IMG/VR virus record: IMGVR_UViG_3300025723_000121
Coordinates: 1 to 32,578 of that record
Origin: a virus
Taxonomy: Duplodnaviria > Caudoviricetes
Strand: one strand, 5' to 3'
DNA: 32,578 nucleotides
Made by a program: the position numbers and the translations under genes. Below, one piece after another: positions 8,933-15,986 of this stretch. A model generated the notes under the pieces. It saw only the letters and a program-made list of their open reading frames with translations. It was not told the origin of the DNA and did no database searches. How positions within the stretch are numbered: the stretch's first letter is position 1; every line of letters begins with the position of its first letter.

Positions 8933-11900
8933 ATGGCTGAAGAACTTTCTATAGAAGAAGCGTTTGGTTTAGCGCCAAATAATGTTCCTGCAGCAAAAGA
9001 AAAAGAATTTTCTATAGAAGAAGCGTTTGGTGCTGCACCCGTAGTATCTAATGAACCAACTGCAGAAGAACTTGAAACTGCGTCTAAGCCTTTTATTGGG
9101 TATAGACCAAATGTGTCTGCACCTAAAACACGCCAAAAACAAGAAAGCGTATTACAGGGCGTTAATATGGGCGTACCTGATTTCGGGTCGTATCTAAAAA
9201 ACCAAAAAGCAGTTGATGAAATAATAAAAGCAGGTCAGACTGAACAAAACGAAAAACAAAACATATTAAATAAAAAAGCTGCATATGATAGAGAGCAATT
9301 AAAAAAACAGGCTGATAAAGAACAATATGGCGCTACAGATTTAGCTAAAGATATTGGTTTGGGGGTTAGTAAAGGCGTTGTTGACTTAGGTCAAATGGGT
9401 GTAGGGTTGGCGAATATTGCTACTGGTTGGTATCCAGATAATGAATTGGGTATAGGGCAGTGGGGCAAAATGCTTGATAAGTTAAACTATGACCCACAAA
9501 AAACAAACGAATTTTTAAGTAGCTTTCAGAGCGCATCTTTACGTAACCAAGCTCAAAACGTACAAGAGACCAGTGGATTTTTTAATACCATGAAAGCTCT
9601 AGGAGCTAATCCATTAGCTATTGTGGATTCTATTAGTGAATCTATTCCGGGTACTGTACTTGCTGGTGGAGTTGGTGGTCAATTTACAAAAATGCTAATG
9701 GGTAAAGCAGCAGAGGAAGCCGCGTCGTTAGGACTTGTAGGTACTAAAGCTGATGAATTTATAGCAAATAAAATAAAAGAGCAAACATACAAAATAGCTG
9801 CTGCTTCAAGTTCTGCGGAAGGTGCACAAAGTTCTGGTCAAATTGCTGAACAAGCACGGGAGAATGGGGCTGATTGGAATATTTATGTTGCACCTGCTTT
9901 AGCAGCTGGTTTTGGTACTGCGGCTATAGGTATGATCAGCGGTAAAGCAGCTCAAAAATTTGGTATTGGGGATGTACAAACACAGATTGCTGCTAGGACG
10001 GCAGGTATTAAAGGTGTTGGAGAAGGTGAAGGAGCATTTCTTAATAGGTTGCTAAAAGAAGGAGTTAAAGAAGGGGTGTTTGAAGAAATGCCTCAATCAT
10101 ATCAAGAACAAATATTTACTAATTTAGCTACGGGTAAACCTTGGGATGAAGGTATTGATGCCGCCGCCGCGCAAGGGTTAATTCAAGGTTTAGTAATGGC
10201 AGGGGGTCATACCTCTACAGTTGAGGCATTACAAAAAACTTCTTCTACACTAAAAAATATTGGAGCCCCAAGAGAAGGCGCATACCAACAAGATACTAGC
10301 TACGAAGGGCTATCTGATTTAATTGCGCGAAGCAAGGGGTTCTTAACTCCCGCGCAACAAGAGCAACAGCAGCAAGAACAAACTACAGATACTAACTTAG
10401 GTACAGTTAATAATGAAGTACCTGGTACTCAAACAACTGAGACGACTGTACCAGCTCAAACAGCTGAGACGACTGTACCAGCTCAAACAACACCTCCTCT
10501 AACTAAAGAGCAACGTATTCAAAATGAAGTTGAAAGACTGCAGACTAGAAGCATACCTGCGGATGCTGCGTTACAAATTGCAACTGAGCGTGTAAATAGA
10601 CAAGAACAAGCAATAGCTACTCAACCTGTTACCGGTAGAATAGAACAAAGAACCCAAGAGCTTATTGCTTCTGGAGTTTTACCTACTCAAGCTTTAGCGC
10701 AAGCTACTAAGCAAATAGAGGCTGAAGATTTAGCAGACCAAGAAGCGCAAGGAGAAATAAATGCTGCAAGACCTAACGCACAACCACCTGGAACAAGCGT
10801 TCAAACATCTGAACAACCCACTGCAGTACAAGGAACTACCACAGGAACTCAAGGAACTCAACGAAATGGAGTGGTTTTTAATCAGCAGAATGCTCCAAGT
10901 GGTACTGCAGGAAAAGGACAACAACCCACTGCAGTAAAAGAAACATCATTTGTTCCAGTTGGATTTACATATAGAGTATTAGAAAGCCCTGCTTATGAAG
11001 GGCAAAAACCTTTATCTTTAGAAGATGCTGATTTTGAATTAGAAGCTCTACAACTTAGCGCAGAAAAAGGTAGGATGAGCCCGCAAAGATTTGCTGAATC
11101 TGAAATTGGTAAAAGACTTGACACCACTCAAGTAATGAAAGTAAATGAAGGTTTAAGAACCGACCCAGTTAAAACTATTCAAGATTTACGTAATAGTATT
11201 CAACAAAAATCTGCAGTAGAAACTACGCCTACTGTTTTACATGCCCCAAAAAATATTAGACCATTACGAGTATCAATGGCTCCCACTGGGGGTTACTTTA
11301 TTGAGTGGGCAAATGGAACACCCGCTTCAGACGCAAAATATGACACGGCACAAGAAGCTAAAGCTGCAGCGACACAACAGTTTCCCACTTACAAAGTAGC
11401 CGCAGATGTATATTCGCCTGAACAAAAAGCTTTTATTACAGAGCCAATTAAAAAAGAAGAACAACCCGCAACATCAGATATTCGCACAGAAGTTCAAGCA
11501 CTTACTACACCTGCTAAACGTGGACGTAAAGCTACGCCCGAGAAGACTGCGGCTAACAAAGCTAAGCGAAATGAAATAACCAAACAAAACAATAAAGTTG
11601 ATCGAACCGAACTTCCGAAGATAATAAATGATTTAAAAGAAGCTACTGCTCCAATTAACGAAGACTTAACTCTTGAAGAAGCTAAACAAGCTGAAATAGA
11701 TAGAGGTCAAAAGAAACGTTCGGCAATAAGAAAGCTTATTGAACTAAGTGAACACCCATTAAATGAAAAGAATAGTGCTACGGATAAAAGAATATCTGCA
11801 GTGCTTAACAACAGAAACATAATATCTCAGCAAGAAATTGATAATGTTCGGCGTGGGATGAAAGTTAGTGGGCAAGCACTAGCTAATAAAAACAATGTAA

Positions 11901-14900
11901 TCGGCCCAGTACAAAGTAAATTCCTGATGAAGACAACAGGAAGACCAAACAATGCGTTTAAAAAAGCTAAGACTGGGCAAGAAGCGTTAGATATTGTTAA
12001 GAAAACAGGAACTAAATTTGAAAAGTTCTTAGCTACTCGGTTAAAACCATTCTTAAAAAATGTTGAGTTTGTAGTTCTTGAAGACGGAGAGCCTTTACCT
12101 GATGAACTTAATGGAACTAGGAATGGCAAGTTTTGGACTAAAAGTGCGCAGGGTCTTTATGTTGAAGACGCAATGCGTAAAAAGAAAATCATCTATGTGC
12201 GTGGCGCATCTGGTGGTAACTTCCAAGGTATCAACAACACAACCGTATTGCATGAAGCATGGCACGCTGCTACTAACTTAAAAATCTTAATGGCTCAAGA
12301 GTCTATAGATAATAATGTTCAGTTAAATTCTCCTTTGGTTAAAGCGTACCAAGATTTAGAGCAAGTAATAGAAAACGCAGTAGAAGAATTTAAACGCCAA
12401 GCGTTTGAGGCCTTAGATAATCCTGAGAACAAAGGCGAATTACCATACCGACTACAAGCAATTTATGACTTGATAAAGAACGGCCCTATCTTTGAAGACG
12501 CTAGGGAGTTTGTGTCCTATGCGCTAACCGACGAAGACCTACAAGACTTCCTTATGGACGTCAAGGGGTTTAAGACTAATCAATCTTTATGGAGTAAATT
12601 TGTTGATGTTGGACGTAGGTTACTTGGCATACCGCCTGGGGATAATAATGCTTTATCCGATATGCTTGTTGTATCAAATAGTTTCTTATCTGCTAGGGCT
12701 ACATCCTTGCAAAAAGACATGGGCCTATCGTTGTATGCAGAACCTAGTAGACAGACGGGCCCAGATAATGATTTAACCGACGAAGAAGAAAAAGCACTTA
12801 AAGACCCAATACTAGAAGGCATACAAGCTTTAGATGCTGAGTTTAAAAAAGCTATGGATACGTTCCAAAAGTCTGAGGATGGTGCTGAAGCAGCTAAAAA
12901 CGCATCGTTACTACAAGCTTTAAGAGACCCCAAAAGAATATTACCGGCGCTTAACTACGCAGTTAAAGGCATGTCTTCTCGTACGCTAAAACGTTACGTT
13001 CGTATACCACCAGTATCTGTGCTTGCATCTAATACAGCAACGGCTGTACCTAGAATTACAGAGATGTATAAAAACGTGCAGAATATGAAGGGTATGACGC
13101 ACAGTCTACTTGAAAGTGGGGCTAAAGTTGTTACGTTAATCCATAAGACACAGATTGCACAACCTGGACTTAAAGATAAATTAAACAGAGTAGCATTTAT
13201 GTCTACTCTTATGAAGTATGACCCATCTAATCCTAATAATAAAATACGTAATGTTGAAATGGACAATATGTATAAAGCACTGGGGGCAGAAGGGCAGTTT
13301 GTTTATAAGCATGTAAAAGAATATTTCGAAGACCTATCTGATTACTTTAGTAACATATTAGATGAGCAAATTAAAAACTCAGGTCTTCCAGCTGAAGAAC
13401 AAGAAAAACTCATGGCTAAGATTCGTCAAATGTACGAGGCTAGCAAAAAGATTGACCCCTACTTCCCATTAGTTCGTTTTGGTAGCTACTGGTTGCGCAT
13501 AGGTGAAGGAGACCAGAAACAATTCTTTATGTTTGAGTCGTCCGAAGAAAGGGATGCGGCACGTGATGAACTTGCACCAAAGTATAAAGGACAAAAAATA
13601 GTTGTTGGCGATAGTTTAAAAGGGCTACGTGAAGATAACTTTAGGTCTAGCGAAATGCTTAAAGAAATCTTTGGGCTGATTGATCGTACATCTAGTTTAG
13701 CTGAAGCCGAAGATAAAGAAGCAGTTAAAGATGCGGTGTATCAGATATTTTTAACAACAATGCCTGAGCAAAGTTTCCGCAATCAGTTCATTAGCCGTAA
13801 AGGTCTAGCTGGTTTTAGCCCAGACTTCCAACGTAGCGTAGCGCAGGCAGTAACTAATATGGGTACTCAGTTGCCTAGACTTAAGTATGCGCCAATACTT
13901 AGAAACCAAATTGCAGCGGCGCGTCAAGCAATATCTGAAAGACATAGGTATGCTCCGTTTGTTGACGAAATGGAAAGGCGTATTCGTTTAGAACTTAGCC
14001 CGCCACAAAAAGGACTTTCTGATAAATTTGCAAACGGGTTAAACACCGCTACTTATATTTATTATTTATCGGCTGCTAAATCTGCAATCATTCAACCTAC
14101 TAGCGTATTTCAACTGGGGTTTGCACAGCTAAGTAAAAAACATGGCTACGTGGCTGCGGCTAAAGAGCTAACTTCTTTCTTATGGGTCTTTGATAAATTT
14201 GGTGTAACTACCACAAACTTAGATGGCTCTAAAAGTTTTGTATTCCCAAGTATTACAGAGTCTAATAAATTAACCCCAAAAGAAAAAGAAGCCGTGCGTT
14301 TAATGGTCTCAAGAAACGTAACTCAGTCTACGTATGCAAACGCAATATTTAATTTTAGGACAACGCCTACTGATAAACTAGATGGCCCAGCTATGGAGAG
14401 ACTAAAAGGCACGGTAAATATGTTTGTGCTTGGCGGGTTAATGGGTTCGGCTGAACGCTTATCTAGGGAAATTGTATACCTAGCTTCTTATCGGTTAAAT
14501 ATTAAAGCTAAACTTTCTCATGAAGCTGCAATAGACATGGCAGTGGAAGACGTTAACGAATCTTTGGGTGACTATGATTCTTTTAATAGGGCGCCTTGGA
14601 TGAAGAGCGCAGCAGGAAAAATATTTACGCCTTTTGATATGTACCCCATAACTGTAACCGTATACCTAATTAAAAACTTTACGCGTATGTTACCTTTACT
14701 TAATAAGGAAGGAAAAGTTGAAGCTTTGCGTGCTTTCTTTGGGGCTTTAGGTACTACATGGATATGGGCTGGTGTAGTCGGCTTACCTTCATATAGTATT
14801 TATATGGGTCTCTTAGGACTATTTTGGAAAAAACACGAGAAAGATAAACCAAATGATATGCGGGGTATTGACTACAGGTCATGGTTTGAAAGCAAGGAAA

Positions 14901-15703
14901 TGCCTAGGGTTCTTGGTGAGTTATCAATAGCTGGAATTAAATTATCTGACTATGTAAAAGACCCTGCCGCACTTGCGCTTAGAGGCCCAGCTAACTACAT
15001 GACAGGATTGGATTTTTCTTCAAGTACCAGTTTAAACGACTTATGGTTTAGACAGACTAAAGAAACTAAAAATATGCACGATGAAGCTATGGCTCTAGCG
15101 TTAGAAAAAGCTGGTGCATCTGTCAACATGTTAGTAGCTGAAGCCGAGGGTATCAGTGAACTAATGGACGGCAACTATCAAAAAGCTGCAGAGAAAATGT
15201 TGCCTGCTAGTTTACGTGGTCCTGTTGTAGCGGCTAAGTGGGTTAGAGAAGGTGTTAAAGATAACAAAGGCGATGTCATTATTAAGAAGGGAGCAATAAC
15301 TCCTACAGAACTAATCGGCAAAGTAATTAACTTTAACCCTGACATACTATCCAACGCACAAGAAATGACCTTCCGTTTCTATGCAATTGAGCAAAGAGTC
15401 CAAAACGAACGTCAAAAAATACTTGATCAATTAGATGCTGCATATAGAAACAATGACAGTAAAACATATGCTGAGCGTTATAAAGAAATGGAGAAGTTCA
15501 ATATTAAGTATTCTTTAGTATTCCCAGAATATGAGATTACCCAAGATAACATAGTAGAAGCGTTTGATACCCGTGCACAGCAAAGAGCGCAATCTTGGAA
15601 CGGCGTAACTCTAAGTGAAAAGAATGCCGTTGCAGCAAACGAAATATTAAAACCCTCAAGAAAAGCTATTGTTGAGCGAGTTAAAAAAACCCAAGGGCAA
15701 TAA
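8933..15703 (+). CDS. Large internal virion / polyvalent-type protein with zincin-like HExxH domain
   Basis: 2256 aa, RBS AAGGA. Ala/Gly-rich membrane-like N-terminal region, TVLHEAWHAA (nt 12251-12265) with downstream EFVS, YFPLVRFG motif, helical C-terminal domain with hydrophobic segments. Last gene of the late block. Confidence 0.7.
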   Translation: MAEELSIEEAFGLAPNNVPAAKEKEFSIEEAFGAAPVVSNEPTAEELETASKPFIGYRPNVSAPKTRQKQESVLQGVNMGVPDFGSYLKNQKAVDEIIKAGQTEQNEKQNILNKKAAYDREQLKKQADKEQYGATDLAKDIGLGVSKGVVDLGQMGVGLANIATGWYPDNELGIGQWGKMLDKLNYDPQKTNEFLSSFQSASLRNQAQNVQETSGFFNTMKALGANPLAIVDSISESIPGTVLAGGVGGQFTKMLMGKAAEEAASLGLVGTKADEFIANKIKEQTYKIAAASSSAEGAQSSGQIAEQARENGADWNIYVAPALAAGFGTAAIGMISGKAAQKFGIGDVQTQIAARTAGIKGVGEGEGAFLNRLLKEGVKEGVFEEMPQSYQEQIFTNLATGKPWDEGIDAAAAQGLIQGLVMAGGHTSTVEALQKTSSTLKNIGAPREGAYQQDTSYEGLSDLIARSKGFLTPAQQEQQQQEQTTDTNLGTVNNEVPGTQTTETTVPAQTAETTVPAQTTPPLTKEQRIQNEVERLQTRSIPADAALQIATERVNRQEQAIATQPVTGRIEQRTQELIASGVLPTQALAQATKQIEAEDLADQEAQGEINAARPNAQPPGTSVQTSEQPTAVQGTTTGTQGTQRNGVVFNQQNAPSGTAGKGQQPTAVKETSFVPVGFTYRVLESPAYEGQKPLSLEDADFELEALQLSAEKGRMSPQRFAESEIGKRLDTTQVMKVNEGLRTDPVKTIQDLRNSIQQKSAVETTPTVLHAPKNIRPLRVSMAPTGGYFIEWANGTPASDAKYDTAQEAKAAATQQFPTYKVAADVYSPEQKAFITEPIKKEEQPATSDIRTEVQALTTPAKRGRKATPEKTAANKAKRNEITKQNNKVDRTELPKIINDLKEATAPINEDLTLEEAKQAEIDRGQKKRSAIRKLIELSEHPLNEKNSATDKRISAVLNNRNIISQQEIDNVRRGMKVSGQALANKNNVIGPVQSKFLMKTTGRPNNAFKKAKTGQEALDIVKKTGTKFEKFLATRLKPFLKNVEFVVLEDGEPLPDELNGTRNGKFWTKSAQGLYVEDAMRKKKIIYVRGASGGNFQGINNTTVLHEAWHAATNLKILMAQESIDNNVQLNSPLVKAYQDLEQVIENAVEEFKRQAFEALDNPENKGELPYRLQAIYDLIKNGPIFEDAREFVSYALTDEDLQDFLMDVKGFKTNQSLWSKFVDVGRRLLGIPPGDNNALSDMLVVSNSFLSARATSLQKDMGLSLYAEPSRQTGPDNDLTDEEEKALKDPILEGIQALDAEFKKAMDTFQKSEDGAEAAKNASLLQALRDPKRILPALNYAVKGMSSRTLKRYVRIPPVSVLASNTATAVPRITEMYKNVQNMKGMTHSLLESGAKVVTLIHKTQIAQPGLKDKLNRVAFMSTLMKYDPSNPNNKIRNVEMDNMYKALGAEGQFVYKHVKEYFEDLSDYFSNILDEQIKNSGLPAEEQEKLMAKIRQMYEASKKIDPYFPLVRFGSYWLRIGEGDQKQFFMFESSEERDAARDELAPKYKGQKIVVGDSLKGLREDNFRSSEMLKEIFGLIDRTSSLAEAEDKEAVKDAVYQIFLTTMPEQSFRNQFISRKGLAGFSPDFQRSVAQAVTNMGTQLPRLKYAPILRNQIAAARQAISERHRYAPFVDEMERRIRLELSPPQKGLSDKFANGLNTATYIYYLSAAKSAIIQPTSVFQLGFAQLSKKHGYVAAAKELTSFLWVFDKFGVTTTNLDGSKSFVFPSITESNKLTPKEKEAVRLMVSRNVTQSTYANAIFNFRTTPTDKLDGPAMERLKGTVNMFVLGGLMGSAERLSREIVYLASYRLNIKAKLSHEAAIDMAVEDVNESLGDYDSFNRAPWMKSAAGKIFTPFDMYPITVTVYLIKNFTRMLPLLNKEGKVEALRAFFGALGTTWIWAGVVGLPSYSIYMGLLGLFWKKHEKDKPNDMRGIDYRSWFESKEMPRVLGELSIAGIKLSDYVKDPAALALRGPANYMTGLDFSSSTSLNDLWFRQTKETKNMHDEAMALALEKAGASVNMLVAEAEGISELMDGNYQKAAEKMLPASLRGPVVAAKWVREGVKDNKGDVIIKKGAITPTELIGKVINFNPDILSNAQEMTFRFYAIEQRVQNERQKILDQLDAAYRNNDSKTYAERYKEMEKFNIKYSLVFPEYEITQDNIVEAFDTRAQQRAQSWNGVTLSEKNAVAANEILKPSRKAIVERVKKTQGQ
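8946..9031 (+). repeat. 23-bp direct repeat TTTCTATAGAAGAAGCGTTTGGT (8946-8968, 9009-9031)
   Basis: Encodes the duplicated peptide E[LF]SIEEAFG at the N-terminus of the large protein. Confidence 0.9.
10428..10491 (+). repeat. 27-bp tandem repeat, about 2.4 copies
   Basis: CTCAAACA(A/G)CTGAGACGACTGTACCAG twice plus a partial copy. Encodes QT[TA]ETTVPA repeats in a linker. Confidence 0.9.
10761..10937 (+). CDS. Overprinted 58-aa hypothetical protein nested in the +1 frame of the large virion gene
   Basis: AAGGAGAAATAA-ATG. Reads MLQDLTHNHLEQAFKHLNNPLQYKELPQELKELNEMEWFLISRMLQVVLQEKDNNPLQ*, with helical amphipathic composition where the host frame is a low-complexity linker. Confidence 0.6.
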   Translation: MLQDLTHNHLEQAFKHLNNPLQYKELPQELKELNEMEWFLISRMLQVVLQEKDNNPLQ

Positions 15704-15727
15704 AAAACCCCCGCACATAGGCGGGGG
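15702..15727 (-). terminator. Rho-independent terminator of the early/replication block
   Basis: Minus strand CCCCCGC-CTATGT-GCGGGGG followed by TTTTTT. Confidence 0.85.
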
Positions 15728-15778
15728 CAAGGAGGAGCAAGGAGCGAACTTGCTAGGAGGAAACCATGAATCAATCAG
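15702..15778 (-). ncRNA. Candidate small RNA with three anti-Shine-Dalgarno motifs
   Basis: TATAAT at 15789-15784, then UUCCUCCU, hairpin AGCAAG-UUCGCUC-CUUGCU, CUCCUU, then the terminator. 11-nt complementarity to the RBS of ORF 19963-20391. Confidence 0.4.
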
Positions 15779-15791
15779 TATTTATTATATA

Positions 15792-15986
15792 CTAAACCCT
15801 CCAAACACGTAACCCTTTAATGCCGTCTTGAATAACTACCTTTGTAACAATATTAATTTGTAATCGTTTGGTTACAGTTTTCAATACTTTCCGAGCAGTT
15901 CTATGGTCTATGCAGGGTATAAAAAATGAATACCCTTTTCTAAACTTAGCCCAATTAATCTCATACGTTAATGTCTCTATCTTCAT
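15792..15986 (-). CDS. Small basic hypothetical protein (possibly DNA-binding)
   Basis: W..F..G.SFFIP...GLRVWRV. Start set at ATG 15986, overlapping the primase end. Confidence 0.6.
   Translation of the reverse strand: MKIETLTYEINWAKFRKGYSFFIPCIDHRTARKVLKTVTKRLQINIVTKVVIQDGIKGLRVWRV

Noticed and set aside
15478-15774. 98-aa minus-strand ORF crossing the terminator
   Set aside because: Runs through an intrinsic terminator, is antisense to the giant gene and has no SD.
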